64,000 nt of DNA from Eukaryota sp. TZLM1-RC (GCA_040285825.1 JAUPSS010000005.1:1364001-1428000), one strand, 5' to 3'; positions 27,301 to 39,064 are shown, counted from the stretch's first letter. Notes: generated by a model not told the origin, from the letters alone. Numbers and translations are program-made.

Positions 27301-27591
27301 AACGCTGTTCAAGGTTGTAGAATCGAGCACTGTGATGTGGAAACCTTGGAGACGAAGACAAGTATGCGAAAGATGGAGTGAGTTGAGGATGAGATCATCG
27401 GATAATACCAAGACAAGATCCAGGTCTTCTCCGTCAATGAAAACATTGGATGTGTGTGAAGGTGGAGAAGGAGACCATATATCAGCATCAGACCACTGAT
27501 ATGAACCAACTGAGCTATGTGGATTGGTGAAGAAAACGCTGTTACTAGCGGATGAGAACGCTATAAGCAAAAGGGTAAGGAAGACCATCAT
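21397..27591 (-). CDS. 2064-aa single-pass surface protein: signal peptide, RCC1/BLIP-II repeats, right-handed beta-helix/polymorphic-membrane-protein-like repeats, C-terminal TM helix and cytoplasmic tail
   Basis: Hydrophobic N-terminus; RCC1 motifs (WGRNNYGQLGLG, WGQNYNGQLGLG, AGRNDHGQL); NxAxxGGA motifs (NQANRAGGAMF); TM segment YILIGVVVLLLVLVLYFFA. Confidence 0.9.
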   Translation of the reverse strand: MMVFLTLLLIAFSSASNSVFFTNPHSSVGSYQWSDADIWSPSPPSHTSNVFIDGEDLDLVLVLSDDLILNSLHLSHTCLRLQGFHITVLDSTTLNSVEIESSFDIHAYFSSFHLELVGSVCFSNITLELNENGKLVRGNVKLINSKIIINQNAELNIDHSSHSEYSLMAWGDGRHGRTGTGDASNPHQLLPVNTDEKFEVIEGGFDHTLALTSEGILFAWGRNNYGQLGLGSVSSVVIPTEVVMMTKVVQISASYDFSLVLTVNGDVYSFGDNWKGNLGHGDTSSRSTPTKIDLLSDVVDVSAGSAHGLAITSNGDVFVWGQNYNGQLGLGTFGFDADEHSPIPISIEPLRKVIGCRVVSMFITINDELLTAGRNDHGQLCVGDFEDRHVPGNIVESASFQIIEATCGLNYIIFLSQEGDVYSCGAVLGRTGISHSPGRVENLGYVTSIFRGDQIAFALNIEKKLFSWTSSSSSPDLVIETSEMAIENVFTGWYHFFVDENFEIPRISHQGSSVVEVEGKISNLSPLYLDIDSAILISDTGSIVGENAGFIFRKLIDNSGIIEIKDVDKLVFNSDILLHGGEIWSTPTVINLLGNEITGYGVIDADLINYGTIRPTRSIDVGRDLMLHDSSMVVLDNMRTNTPQLVATGSVELDGILSVDFVHRNLPKDSVISIILFSSSVSYFNSIEIKCEFFFDITTTSSSVDVVVTEDVLDSIHTFYLSPNGINDECCGPSTYPCLSVSKIMEKMGNSGTIILKEGVYNGTNFDIDLEFLDVVFQGEGDSKMTKIHISCEIIANNSNLEFSFVQLFYFGTSSIIFLAESTVVFNKMELVSQCANDEPLITLVKSNVDFDDVVIVGCQSQSIVATDSTIGLETVLVRDSTATDGHFELTKTTLTMNNANFQGLEGKVFNIQDNTKVTGTNVGISDSNSNSDDLIVINNSDLTLTTVDLSDTKFSNIIDSKTSTITITDFDIVHHESNTGSFINADDSTFNFTNVKTLGPVDSDNEVISGCANDEPLITLVKSKVDFDEVVVVGCQSQFIVATNSTIDLETVLVRDSTASNGHFELTNSNFKATDVEFKNLEGKVFDVKSDSKVEGLNVKVIDTTTNNDPMMITDSSTIDLKQTEIINSCVRPAFESIDSTIKIDDLTVSHPNTYSGSLFDASSSSELTLDNINIVKESTTSTTVTCSFTDPLFTVDNSEVTLADSSLIGHLSQFLVGINNADVTFTNVDVLDSEASGHVELTNSNFTATDVEFNNLEGKVFDVKSDSKIDGLRLQILNIDTPSEALLKISSSKVTLIDSQILDSSVFRLIDSISKTEISFTNLDIIDLTSYSGSFINADESTMDFTKVKTLGPVDSDGKVISGCANDEPLITLVKSNVDFDDVVVVGCQSQSIVATDSTIDLEAVLVRDSTATDGHFELTNSNLKARNVFFQNLFSQASINIQRASNFQSKPIKFQSNFQSKSLLTADSSVVQMDTFIIDNCHFDDSINYINDSVVSLSNFSNNANHHYHGFYFIESKSSQIDLVGLVFNENLLLKKGVVKSFQSDYILNELVFANSNVPLFNSVESNLEFYSCTFDNVTLSDDYSALEFHQSKILLQNSSLTNFYTDFNNTVPLLLCSGCTLLIKECTVADNYGVLIHCINGSTFELEQSTFKHNESPLSPIILEQSTNSLLHNYNVFESNIGSFGGCISVFSPLNFICEDNLFINSFATHEGGSLYIQDDLYNFNVTINNNSFIDNQANRAGGAMFINFLNFVHNFNESFIDVLSNNFHNCMANQWGNDVATNGFALSLAWMEADSTALNRTLVVAIMDYFKQLIIFDEDYSNQLEFSIKSNVSVEVYTNIIDFSKQHILVDVVFQGPSGTYILLVDADFFEQAGIEFSIDKLPNNDDTEDIIDSQVRDRANFGYRSYILIGVVVLLLVLVLYFFATRKAKDSIQNLNTGQSKTPSNLNQCDTMLPLYSKPSTQLPSLARHDEDDDTHSSISGISLKPVKSADKSKFIDNYSDCLPNESLLNQQSRHLPNNVVTFVPPVPLSSLKKQNKSVKQSKGDHIYPNLPNFIGES
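23320..25090 (-). repeat. Intragenic tandem repeat, 531-nt (177-aa) period, about four units
   Basis: The ATTAGCACAT anchor of the CANDEPLITLVKS unit occurs at 25081, 24550 and 23488 (spacings 531 and 1062). The intervening unit (CSFTDPLFTVDNS) is diverged. Confidence 0.9.
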
Positions 27592-28949
27592 CTTGGTTTT
27601 CGGAAATATTGAAACTGTTGTGCCTTTTCTGAAGATTTTGTAATTTTTGAAAGCTCAAGGTCGAATGTAGGTCCTTTATAGGCCAAAATTTTTGGCCCAC
27701 AAATGATAACCTGCTTCAACATTTACTTTTCCAACGTCTCAACAGTTTCTGTGCGTCTTTAATTAATGTTCCTCAAGTGTATCGTCAATTTTTGACTGAT
27801 ACCATCGCTTTCTGTACAACACGACTGTGTTGTTTTAATTGGTCAAATGACATTCCTTTTGAATTTAATGTGTAAATGTGGCTCCCAGGTACATTGATTC
27901 CGAATTGTTGGACTAATGGCATTTTGGATTGGTGTTATGATTAATTGATATCTCTATATAATTTCTGATAAAAAGCTTCTACGACGTCATTTATCATTCC
28001 TCCAATGAATATGGTTAAAAACAATTTGCTTAGCAGTTGGAAAAATCTCCCACAATGGGACAACCTAGATTCCGACGGTAACATTTATGATTAATATTCC
28101 AGATTTATTCTACATTTAATCATAGTTATAGTGAATACAGATTGTGATAAATGAAGATACAATAATTTGGACGAAGTAAACAACCCTTGCAAACCTCTGT
28201 CATTTCGTGAAGACAATATGAGTTTGAGTGTAATGTTCAACTATTAATTTATGAAAAAATTTCAGAATTGTGATAGAACAATAAAATCGATGGGTTTCCC
28301 CAAACAACTACTAGCAATATTATTGAAAAAAATGTATAAATCCAATATACATTTGCGAATTTTGTAAAAACGATTGGTAAGTGGTTGCGAACAATATTTT
28401 ACAAAAAATGAGTGCAACTTGTCCGTTGTGAATTAAAACCTGCATTCCTGATAAAGCGAACAAAATGTATGCGGACAAGTCATATTTACATTTACCTATC
28501 ATCATTGTGCCACGTAGGTTATGTGTTGGGTTATATGCTAATAATGAAGAATTTGTAACAGAAATTAAATTATATCTGAATATTCCAATCGACCAACCTG
28601 TATACTGTTTTTTACTGCGTTTTTCACAACTTACATTATGTCATGTTCTTTATTGTCCTGAATTCATAAATTACTGTTATTTACTACATGATGCTGTTGA
28701 GTATATTGTTTTTAATATGGCAAGATATGCAAGAATCTCTTGTATTATTGAGCTTTTGGATAGAGGCACCCTGAAGACAGAAGTGTTACTTACTTTGATT
28801 GGATTGATAACTCTGCACTTGTTGTTGACCCTTCCGCTGCAGTGTTGCAAATGGAACTTTGGTACAAAAACAGCATTATTTTGTGGATGCTCATGAATTC
28901 AATCTGAAAGAAGAATATAGAAACTATGACACAGATATGGAAGAAACAA

Positions 28950-29560
28950 ACTCTCATGAAAAAGAAAATTTTAATTAATTGACATAGGCCATAAACGGAA
29001 AATTGCCAGTGAAAGCTGCAATATTTCGAATTAATTCTGGAAAAAATTCTTCAAAAACAAACAATGAGAAGTTTGAATTTATTTCAAAGGTGTTTTCACA
29101 TTGAATTCGCCATAATTAATAAAATAGTATGGAAAAGATGATTACAAGGATCGACAATGGAAAAAGCTGTTGTGGATAGGGCAGACTCAACAGTGCGAGA
29201 TTGATCTGGCTAACGATTTTTCAGATTCAAGTTCACAATCCAGCCAACACTGTTGACCGTTATCAACTCTAAACAATGATAAATGAAATGATTGTTGACC
29301 TTTCAGTTGTTGATGTGATTATGAGTAGCACGCCATAACAGATCGAATTTTCTTCAAATGTTTTGGGACCGAATTTGAAATAATTTTGTTCCAAGTAGAA
29401 GATGATAAATTGTTCGAAAACCATTATGTGCAAAATTTGTGAGGCAAAAGCAACAAAAGTCTGGATAGTGACTTGGAATGAGTACAAATATCGTGGCAAT
29501 TAATGTTAATTTCAAATAATCTGACTGATGAACTAAGTATATTAAATTCACCTTCACTTT
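28950..29560 (-). mobile_element. Heavily decayed RLE-type (CRE-like) non-LTR retrotransposon fragment
   Basis: Remnant zinc-knuckle-like CCFC..YHLL..KLFQIRSQ, followed by R*PD...SIVDPCN. This resembles the better preserved fragments at 35344 and 43681. Confidence 0.45.
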
Positions 29561-29703
29561 ACGATCAACATTTTACCATCAACAACCATCATCATTATAC
29601 GTGTGGGATATATTATGTTGTGTTAGTTTTTGAATAAAACTTGCATTTTTCACTACAAAAGCTAAACAAAAATATCAATACAAATTTATCTAAGTACAAA
29701 AAA

Positions 29704-31319
29704 CTAAACAATAATGGTTTCAGCTTTGGCCGTATATTCAGCAGTGCCTTGCCTAATAAGTTCGCGAATCATGTCATTTAAGAGGTTATTAAGCGACTTC
29801 GTGGCAGAGACAAATTGTTTAACAACATCAGGGATAGAAGCATCCAGAGGCTCAACAAGGGATGAAACAGCAGGAATAATGTCCTTATTTAATGGAGAAG
29901 AGATAACTTCATTTAAGATAGAAAGAGCATTTTCCTTAATCATTTGGAGACAATCGTGAACAAGCTTCTCACGAACGGAAATAATAGCTTGTCTGATATC
30001 TCCATTGAGTTCTATTTCTTGTTGTAGAGTGTACACGGCATTGTTCATTAACCAGACGAGCGAATCAGCAAGATCACTTAATACCCTCCAAGGATAAAAA
30101 CTACGACTTAAATCAGTCAAAAGTTCAAGGCGTTCACGGTTAGCATAGAGCTTTCTACGGGCAGGGTAGATGCGACTTCTCCAGGGATAGGCGATTTGGG
30201 TGTAAATATTATGAATGTAATTGTTATCCTGGTCATTTGACAGTAATTCCTCACCAATTTCATCAAATGATTTGACAAGTTCAGCATAAGCGTCAGTGAT
30301 GGAAGGAAAGAGTGCCTCGGACAGTTTTGAGATTAAAGGTACAATGGTGCTTGATAACAGAGGGTCTAGAGTACTGAGGACAGCGTTCTTGATCTTACCC
30401 CGGAGTTCCACTTCAGCGTCACAAACGGGACCAATGGACTTCTTGAGGCCGTCTTCAATGGTTGGTTTGAGATCAGCAACTTTACCAGAGACTTCCTTCC
30501 AAGCAGCATTAACAGCTCCACCTACAATAGAGTCAACAGTTTTGCGTACTTGTTTCTTAACAAGAGCTCCAATCTTACCATGACCACCCTTAGGGAGTTC
30601 ACGATAGACATCAGTCATAACTTCCTTTTCAAGTTTAGCACTGATGAGGAGGCCAAGTTGTTCACCTTCGGGTTTAGTTACCCAGATGACATGGGAATCC
30701 CAGATCCAGAAACTGTAACGAGTGACACGGTAGGCTTCTATGAAAGCTTCGCGCATGATATGGTCTTCATTGAGAGGAGGCCTAGCTCTGCGACACGCAT
30801 AACGGAAAGCAGATACCCAGTCATCCTTATCTTCCTTGCTATCTGCTTCCAAGAACCAATCGCGACCGCGACCTGCACGGAGTTCAAAAAGGAACGGGCG
30901 GTCTTCGAATTCGGGATCTTCAATTACACGAAGGCCACAAGGTGAAATAGTTCCTTTGGGACGACAGCCTTCCTGGCCGACTTGAGATTCATCTTCCCAA
31001 TATTCTACTTCACAATTATGCTTGATAATGAAATAGCGACGCTTCCAGTTCTTTCTCAAATCACCACGCTTCGTCAAATATCCAGTTTTGATGGGAGAAG
31101 TATCAACAGGACAAGGAGTGAGAAGGAAGTCTGCAGCTTCCGACTTCTCCGACTGAGCTACAATGTAATCAACAAGTGTATCTTTAAACGTTTGAAGATA
31201 AGTAGGCACAAAAACCTTGATGACCTTAAATTAACAAAGACAGCTAGACATACATCCTGGCATATTTCAGAGATTCTAGCTTGTTTATGCTGATCTAGAG
31301 GGTTGGAAAGTAATCCCAT
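29704..31319 (-). CDS. PH-domain protein with helical C-terminal region (Niban/FAM129-like), 528 aa; join(31254..31319, 29704..31224)
   Basis: PH signature KTGYLTKRGDLRKNWKRRYF...WVSAF. A 29-nt intron links MGLLSNPLDQHKQARISEICQD to VIKVFVPTYLQ, matching the paralog N-terminus at 55756. Confidence 0.85.
31225..31253 (-). other. 29-nt spliceosomal intron (phase 0)
   Basis: GTATGTCTAGCTGTCTTTGTTAATTTAAG. Its removal restores the frame and the paralog alignment. Confidence 0.88.
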
Positions 31320-32868
31320 TGTGGCTGAGGAGGTAAGATTTTCAATCAAAGAAAATTGATAGTTTAAGCAATGTTGAATGTCTTTATGCTGAGATATCGT
31401 CACTAATGACACTGTGGATGTTGCTTCTTCGTTTAAAGATAATATTGATTTATTGATTGATGGTCAGACAGTTGACCTAACTAATATTACAAATTGTGGA
31501 CATCAGGAAGAGAATATGCTTGCTTGAAACAAAATGATGGAACATAGTCATTATAATATTTGACTAAACAAAATGAACATGTTTCAAAGCTAAACGAAGA
31601 CAAAGTGCGTTTTTTAGCTATTTCATCAATGAACGTTTTGGACTTCAAGAAAAATTGTTTTTGAATATATAAAACTATTGGAAATGTTATTTCAAGTTTT
31701 CTAATGGCTGCTTGTATTACGGTTTTGAGCCCAGCTGAAGAAATTGTTTCAGTTCTTTGTGACTATTGCATGTTTGAGAAGCATGTTTCAGCAGCTAAAG
31801 TGTTTAACAGGATGAAAATACCTCTTCTTCTTGACACCCACAATGTCATTAAACTTTCCATACCTATCAAAAAGTTTTCAGTGACCTATTCAGTTTGTGT
31901 TTGTATGTGGAGATGGGTTATAAAAGCTTAATAGTGTTCATCACCTTATTTACCAGCAAACTTTGTCGAAAAAGCAGTATGTACACTTCATTGATAGAGA
32001 GGATGATTCGCACTTTGTTGTAAGTCCTGATTGGAACTGATATTGAAACAAATAATATGTACAATTGAAAAATTGTCTATTTCTTTGGTTGACAGTTGAA
32101 ATTTTGATATATCAAAAACAAAACTTAACCATGCCTACAAAACATGTGTATCAAAACGTATCATGGATATTTAAAAATGTGTTTGTTTTTGACATAATTA
32201 ATTTCTTGATCAATACAAATGTCGTTTTGAAAGTTCATTGTTTTCGCTAGTGCAAAATAACTGCCATTGACTGTCATTCAATGTGAGTTATTTCATACAA
32301 ATGTGCCTTTGCAAATAATAAATTTAATGTGATTAACGTTAATGATTTGTAAATTATTTGTTTTAAACAATCAAAATACCATCATCGAAACAATAGTTCT
32401 CATAGTCCTTTTTTTCCTTGGTTATTCTTTTTGTTAACTATGTAAAGTTTTATATAAGTGTTGATTGAAAACACATTTGGCAGGATGTCCCATTGAATTG
32501 CAAAAGATTGAAACAAATTTTGATTTTTTATTATAATTAATTATTAAACTTGTATAATATTTAAAAATACAATCTGATTGTTATACACTTCAATTTTACT
32601 CATATCTAGATTTCTCAAATGATCAAAATCTAATAATAGTCTATTATATGTTATAATTATATAGATCACATTGGGCTTATCAGTACATTGTATCAGTACA
32701 TGATTTGATCTTAGCCAACATCCAACAATATAAACTTTCCCAGGACCGTCCGAAAGACAAACAATACTCTTTGTTTTGTATCAAAGTAGTAATCAAAAGT
32801 ATGGATGTTTTATGACCCAATTGCTTAGCTAAGGCAATTATTCTGACTACCTGTTAAACACCCCCTCT

Positions 32869-33249
32869 GTGTCACGTTTATTCACTCGGTCATGTGCACT
32901 GAACGCGCTACTGACCCCTACTGCAGTGAAACAATTTCGGGCTGACCTTCCTCTGGTCACTGAGATTTGTGATGAAGTTTCTTTTTCACTTCAATCTTTT
33001 TTTTTGAATTTTCCGATGGCATCTAGAGCTTTAGTGGAACAAAATGCATGGTGTTTTTTTATGACCGCCATCACCAACACCACTGGTTCTTTTCCAAACC
33101 CATCCACCTCCAAAGGACAACGCCAATTACTCCATATCTTTTACAGTGGATCTCTTCCTAAATACCCACAAGACAGGTCTCTTGTTTCTACATGGGAAAA
33201 TGCTCAAGTTCCCTATAGAAATTCATTCAATATTTTCCTCAATGATTAG
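32869..33249 (+). mobile_element. Probable fragment of a retrotransposon ORF
   Basis: Isolated 126-codon ORF without ATG, abutting a Fanzor relic in element-rich DNA. No diagnostic motif. Confidence 0.3.
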
Positions 33250-33304
33250 CTGCATGCACAGAGATGCAATTTTATTAATAGAAATGGACTTTTCCTTACC
33301 TTGC

Positions 33305-34995
33305 TTGTTGGGCTCGTCAGTTGACATTCAATATTAAGACCAGTTTACCTAAAATTTGTCAATTCTGGACAAAAACCTTCATTCGTGATCATTGTAGAGC
33401 TTCAAAATAAATAAATCAATAGAGTTTCAAAATTTATGAGCTTCATAAATCATTAAAACCAATGTTCATGTCATTCATTTGATTTGAATTCTCTGGATAA
33501 AACGAATGTCTTTGCCAATTTTCTTCTCTCCCTTATATCAGATGAACCCTTAGCACCTCTTGAAGTTAATGCAATAACAGAAGGTGAGTAACCCGAAGAA
33601 GTAGTTATTCATTCTATTCTCGAACCCTACATCAATTTGCATCTCAATAATTCAAGAGAAAGATTCCTTTTATCAAATGCTTGTTATTTTATCTTGAATC
33701 TTTTTCAAAGATTTCCTGCCACGGGTTCTTTACTATCTTCAAGTGATAGAATCACCTTTCATCAAAGAAAATTTTTGAGCCTTTTCTCTTTAATCTTAAA
33801 ATTTCTCAATACTTACTCATTTCTGTTCCTCATATGCAATGCTGGAAAAATTTTAGAATAATACTTTTTGCTTCTCTTAAAGGTTATAAATTTCTTGAGG
33901 TCCTTTCACATGTTTTCCACTTATTGAAGGATCTTTTTCCAAAACACAGTTCATCAAAAATGAAAATTTAAAACAAACATTCAAACAATGTCCTTGTCAA
34001 AAATTTACTGTCAGCAGAAAAAGTTTGAAAAATAGATTTAAAACATTTTTTATTGAAAACTAATGGTAAAAAACAGCTTTTAAGATTTTAAATTAAAAAT
34101 AATGACTCAGCAAACACAGATGAGTTGGATGAACCACCTTAAAAGAGAAGAAAATTAGAAAAAGAAATGAAAAGTGACCCTGATGCCAACAAAACCAGAG
34201 AAATACAGTTGAAGGGCACTAAAAAATTCCCCGTCGAACACGTAGACATCCAGTCGAAATTTTACCTGAAAGGCCCTCATTGGCGTTGATCTGGGACAAT
34301 CAAGATTATGTGGTTACTTCTTAAATTTTAATCAATGTGGAGTTATCCCTTGTGCAACTGGCAGAAGAAACATGACAAAACCTTGACCCAGTAAACACTC
34401 TCCCAACCAATATTACGTTCAAAATTTCCACCAATATTTGAACCATTGAAATTTGGTCAGGAGGAAAGTGTACTTGGAAAGTAATCGCCAGAAATTGAAA
34501 ATAATTAAATTTGATTACTGCAGACGAAAAGAGAGGCGGTTCCGAGAGAGCCTCAACAATTTTCAAAGGCTGACTGGACATCCTAAAAAACTCTACCTTG
34601 CTATGGGTTCTGCTAATTTCCCTTCTCATTGCCGAAAAGTCAATCGATATGGATCAGCAATGGCTTTCCGAAAATGGTTGTTTTATCAAAAGGACGTGCA
34701 GCACTTGTAAACTAGTGAATTTAATACAAGCAAACTGTCAAGTTGTTGCATGGCCGAGAATATTCAAGCAATCTCATGGCAGATGCGTATTTGTACTGAG
34801 TGTAAAATTGTATATGACAGCTGTATATTTCCGCTGCAAAAAATATTCCAATTAAGAATAAAGCGGATTTTTTTTATTTAATTTGTAAATTTATTTTCAA
34901 CGCTAACAAAGCGGAATTTTGGCCGGAAAGATACTTTTGCCCAAAAGCTCTGTTGAGGAAATGAATGTGGAACCTTAGCAAACAGAATCTAAAAG
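33305..34995 (+). pseudogene. Fanzor/TnpB-like nuclease family A, copy 1 (frameshifted, with insertions)
   Basis: Collinear with 48275-49815. RuvC-I IGVDLGQSRL at ~34280, LYLAMGSANF, then HL*TSEFNTSK and the RICTECKIVYD zinc finger. Confidence 0.85.
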
Positions 34996-35094
34996 ATTCG
35001 AAAAGCTGATATTTTATTTTGAGTTTTTTATTTTAATTATTTATTAAAATATGTATTCTACAAAGAAACAAAACAAAACAAAATAAATTAAAAG

Positions 35095-36005
35095 ACATAA
35101 GAAACAAAATTCTCCACGCCAACTCTTGATGAATCCTTATACAGCTTGGACATCATTAAATTTAAATATTTGGGAACACTTCTGTACAAAGCAAAAATGA
35201 TACGATACTTCCATAAATTCATTGAAAATTTTTTTCCAAATGAACGACAGAAATTATCAAAATCATTGAAAAAAAATCAAGGCAGATTGTCCAATGTTGG
35301 CAAAAATCGAGAAGGTAAAATCAACAAACGAAAACTTCGGTTCTTATTTAAGGTTCTTATTTAAATCATTTAATATCTCAGTATATATTTCTCGTTTACG
35401 ATCCTCAGCCTTGTTTAAATAACCATTAGAACTAACTAAAAGATCATCACGATAAATAAAGACAAAGGGATCAACTGTAGTAAAATCAACAACAACTTGA
35501 GTGGAATCCACAAAAGGGGCAATTAAATCACCTCGACGAGAATTAAACAATTTATTATCGCTATAATGCTTCAACAAGGGTTCTACATTGCAACTAAAAT
35601 TGTAACACTTAAACATTTCAAAGGTCACATCACGAATGACATTATGAAGAACTGACCGATATTGAAGAAATTTCTTACAACTTACAATATGACGGAAATT
35701 GACAGTCGTTTTGTCGTTACATATACAAACTGGATGTCTCATAAAAAGGCAGCAAAAACGGAATTATTAATCTTAGTCACAATAAGTCGTTTAGAGAAAT
35801 CCAGGTCTTCAAAACCAGTTAAAACAGACTGCTGTAATTTCACAACAGCAAGATGAAGATTAGACAAAGATCTCAAAGGTACAGAAGGCAAACTTGAAAA
35901 AACACTTATTCCACACATCAATAGGTAGTTCCTGCACCATGTTTTCGAGTGAAATTAATAAAGGATGTGATTCAGTCAAAGGAATTTGATCAAACCGGAG
36001 TTTCC
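35095..36005 (-). mobile_element. 5'-truncated RLE-type (CRE-like) non-LTR retrotransposon inserted in the Fanzor A 3' region
   Basis: CCHC knuckle CICNDKTTVNFRHIVSC, then RSVLHN, VEPLL, RRGDLI..VVVDFTTVDP..KAEDRKREIY (PD-(D/E)xK restriction-like endonuclease). Confidence 0.8.
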
Positions 36006-36069
36006 ACTCAAAAAGAAAATTTTTTATACCACCAATGAAAGCACTTTTTATTTTATTTATGATTTTTTG

Positions 36070-36209
36070 AAAACCTTTTGAGACCGATCCATAAATACCT
36101 TAGTAGCATTTGCAAGATCCACTTAGATACATCAAGTCGCAAGGCTTTGTTCTGTGAAAGCAAATAAGTGAGGTAGCCCATTGATGAAGATCATGATTGT
36201 CTTTGCCAA
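36070..36209 (+). ncRNA. Displaced 3' end (putative omegaRNA scaffold remnant) of Fanzor A copy 1
   Basis: Highly similar to 49811-49957, with a small deletion in the long stem. Ends TTTGCCAA. Confidence 0.65.
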
Positions 36210-36913
36210 TTTTTTGAATGATTTCCAAAAAATGTTTCAAGGAAAAACAATGAAGAGATTGTTTATTGAATTTAGTCCCATTAGTTCTGATTTAATTTTA
36301 TTAAGTGTTTGTTGTGGTTCAATAAAGAAAACATATGTGTTGTTATTGTTTAAAATTATGATCGGTTGAATAGAAAAGTTTTAAAGATGGAAATCAAATT
36401 TATTTCAGAGAAACAATTTGATGATATAAATGGAATAAATCCATTTTATTAGAAATTTGACCGAAACAATTCCACACAATTTTCATTAACTAGCAACTGA
36501 AAAATCTCTGGTAATTTTAATAAAAATAGACAACTTACTTCAAGCATTAAGTAATTGAGGCAATATGATCAACTCTGATCAACCATTTTGACAGAGTCTA
36601 ATAGGAGAGAAATGCTGGATTATGAAGGAGCTGACGACGAAGAGGAATAAACATATAGGCAAGAGAGTGGTGGGGTTTAGTAAATGGGTCCGAAAGAGAG
36701 GAATTTCCCTTCGAAAGTGTGGAATGGAGTTCAGTAGATTCAGAAGTCTTCTGTTCATAAAACTTTAGAAGTTCATGTATAAATGTGTAGGTTAGACTGG
36801 TGTAGGTTAGGAGGTTGGAAGTGAGAACATCTTCTATTCAGGAGAGATGAGTGGGAAGAGTGGGAAGTTGCTGGAAATTGAAATTTCAGATAAAGAACGA
36901 AACAGTAGCTCAC

Positions 36914-39064
36914 ATGTTCCTTCGTTCATTCTTCAAGGGCTCCAGAGCAGAAGATGACGGTACATGCCTTAAGGATGTTGCTCTGCAAACAGTTGACCAC
37001 CGTAACCGACTTAAAACCCTTACCCACAATTGTGATGTCTCCATACAATACTCTGACAGTTGTCAACACAACCTTACTGTCACTGTTACTAATGAAAGCG
37101 AACTAGAATTGCAGTCTGAAGACCCAGACGCTGTTCCATCCACATTCACCATTTCCCCCGCCACATTTTCCTATCCAGAGTACAAGCCTGATGACGAGTC
37201 TGAAGTATACCATATTCGCTTTGTGGGAAAGCCTTCATTTTCTCCTTCATCTATCCCACTTTTCTTTGAAACCGAGTCCAAGGACTACCTACCCAAGTTT
37301 GTTTCCTTTTTTCACAGTACACTCTCAATGGTATGGTCAATGAAGAATGGACAACCTCCTTCCCATGCCCCAATAGAAGAATTAATTTCTGGTACTGCTG
37401 AGCCTCGAACCCCTGACCAATCTCGTAGACCACATGCAAACAATGCCTCTCCACAATCTTCACCAATGGAATTTACTTTCCCTTCTCTTCCGAGCTCGCC
37501 CCTAGATGGCAAGGTTTTGTACAAACAAGACGTCTATCTCCATGAAAAAGACTATAAAACAGGAACAACAAAACTTTTATACAACAACAAAGTTGAGGTT
37601 CGTATCATTGAAGCTGCCGAATATGAACATTACTTTTGCATTTTCAGATACAATGTTGCTCTTATCGCTATCAAAATCACCACATCCATGCGTCTAACTC
37701 GACAGGATAACAAGGCTTCTTTTGTTGCTGGAACAGGTGAACAAGCCACCGTTTATGTAATTGAGTTTGATTCTGACTTCACTCAACTACAACACTTAAT
37801 TGGAGAACTTGCATTAAAATCCAACTATTTGGATCAAGAAATTAAAGATCTCGATTGGTTAGTTTCATCAATGGTGGTTCGCACACCATTAGCTAATAGT
37901 TACAATGACGAAGATCTTGAACGAGAAGCTATTAATGACACGGAATACTTGCTGGATGATGATAGTGAGTTTGAAAGAGAGGCAGAACAGTGCTATCGTA
38001 GTAACGCGTCACCAGCTCAAAATCAATCGTCATCAGGTCAAAATATTGGTTATGTTCCTTCAATTGTGAGTGATAGAAACTTTGTCTTGCGCAAATCAGA
38101 TGTCGAAGTAGTCCCTCTCAGTCAAGATGGTCAAGGTTTTTCATCTGAAACTATCTCAATCGTACCCCAATGGGATGGAAAACCCTTGACTCCCAAGAAG
38201 GCAATGCTGAACCAACGTGACTCAAGTCTTTTACTTCTTGCCAACGAGTCCAAAGATTCGATTTACAGATTTGACTTGGAAAGAGGCGAAGTTGTTGAGC
38301 GCTTCCATACCAATAACACCGTACCAGTAGGTTCTCTATCTCCCATGCAGAAGTCTTCCCAATTGACTGATGAAAAACTGTTTGCTGGTTTGAATTCCAA
38401 TAGAACAATGGTTTGGGATCCAAGGGCTGGCCATGGGGCCTTGGATGGAAAAGGTTTCCACTATGCACCCTCTACAAAGCCTCAGTTGTCTTGTTTTAGC
38501 GTTACTGGTGATGGGGCTTTGGCAGTGGGTTCGAGAAAGGGTGATATTCGTCTATTCAGCTCATTAGATAATAAGAGAGCTAAGACTTTAATTAATGGTT
38601 GGGGTAAAGAAATTCTAGCCATTGATACCACTTCTGATGGTTATTACGTCTTGGTTACTTGCGAAGACTTCCTTATGCTTATTGACACACGCTTAGATGA
38701 CAATGTCACTGGTTATAACAAACGTATGGGAGAGAACAAGCCCTTGCCAATTAAGATTCAGCTAGATCCAGAAGATGTGGCTACAATGGGTGGTACAGTA
38801 GCTTTTAAACCAGCTCGATTTGACAGGAATCCTGCAGGAGAAAAAGTTATCGTTACAGCCACCCATAGATGGATTGTAACTTTTAATTTGTCTGCTCTAT
38901 TATTTGTTTACAATGGAGGAAAGCTTCCTGCTGGTAGAAAGACATATTCTATTGCAGCTGTTGGGCAAGATGTTGTTGAAGATTCATTTGTTGGTGAGAG
39001 TAGTACTCAGATCGGTGTTGTAGGTCAGTCCAGCGTCAAGTTGGTTCACAGAAGTAAGAAGTGA
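36914..39064 (+). CDS. VID27: Vacuolar import/degradation protein Vid27 family (PH-like plus WD40-like domains)
   Basis: C-terminal signature GALAVGSRKGDIRLFSSLDNKRAKTLINGWGKEILAIDTTSDGYYVLVTCEDFLMLID and DLERGEVVE. The first ATG is at 36914; the track start at 36851 is GTG. Confidence 0.85.
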   Translation: MFLRSFFKGSRAEDDGTCLKDVALQTVDHRNRLKTLTHNCDVSIQYSDSCQHNLTVTVTNESELELQSEDPDAVPSTFTISPATFSYPEYKPDDESEVYHIRFVGKPSFSPSSIPLFFETESKDYLPKFVSFFHSTLSMVWSMKNGQPPSHAPIEELISGTAEPRTPDQSRRPHANNASPQSSPMEFTFPSLPSSPLDGKVLYKQDVYLHEKDYKTGTTKLLYNNKVEVRIIEAAEYEHYFCIFRYNVALIAIKITTSMRLTRQDNKASFVAGTGEQATVYVIEFDSDFTQLQHLIGELALKSNYLDQEIKDLDWLVSSMVVRTPLANSYNDEDLEREAINDTEYLLDDDSEFEREAEQCYRSNASPAQNQSSSGQNIGYVPSIVSDRNFVLRKSDVEVVPLSQDGQGFSSETISIVPQWDGKPLTPKKAMLNQRDSSLLLLANESKDSIYRFDLERGEVVERFHTNNTVPVGSLSPMQKSSQLTDEKLFAGLNSNRTMVWDPRAGHGALDGKGFHYAPSTKPQLSCFSVTGDGALAVGSRKGDIRLFSSLDNKRAKTLINGWGKEILAIDTTSDGYYVLVTCEDFLMLIDTRLDDNVTGYNKRMGENKPLPIKIQLDPEDVATMGGTVAFKPARFDRNPAGEKVIVTATHRWIVTFNLSALLFVYNGGKLPAGRKTYSIAAVGQDVVEDSFVGESSTQIGVVGQSSVKLVHRSKK

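Noticed and set aside
27660-28900. ORF 28465-28896 and neighbouring coding-like DNA
   Set aside because: No domain recognised; it looks like decayed, frameshifted sequence.
31400-32250. Possible decayed DNA-transposase (KDZ/Zisupton-like) relic
   Set aside because: Only faint motif resemblance across stops and frameshifts, which cannot be supported without a profile search.
36400-36870. Possible minus-strand gene divergent from VID27 (pyrimidine-rich, ~80 open codons)
   Set aside because: No usable start, several stops and no recognisable motif. At most a pseudogene remnant.
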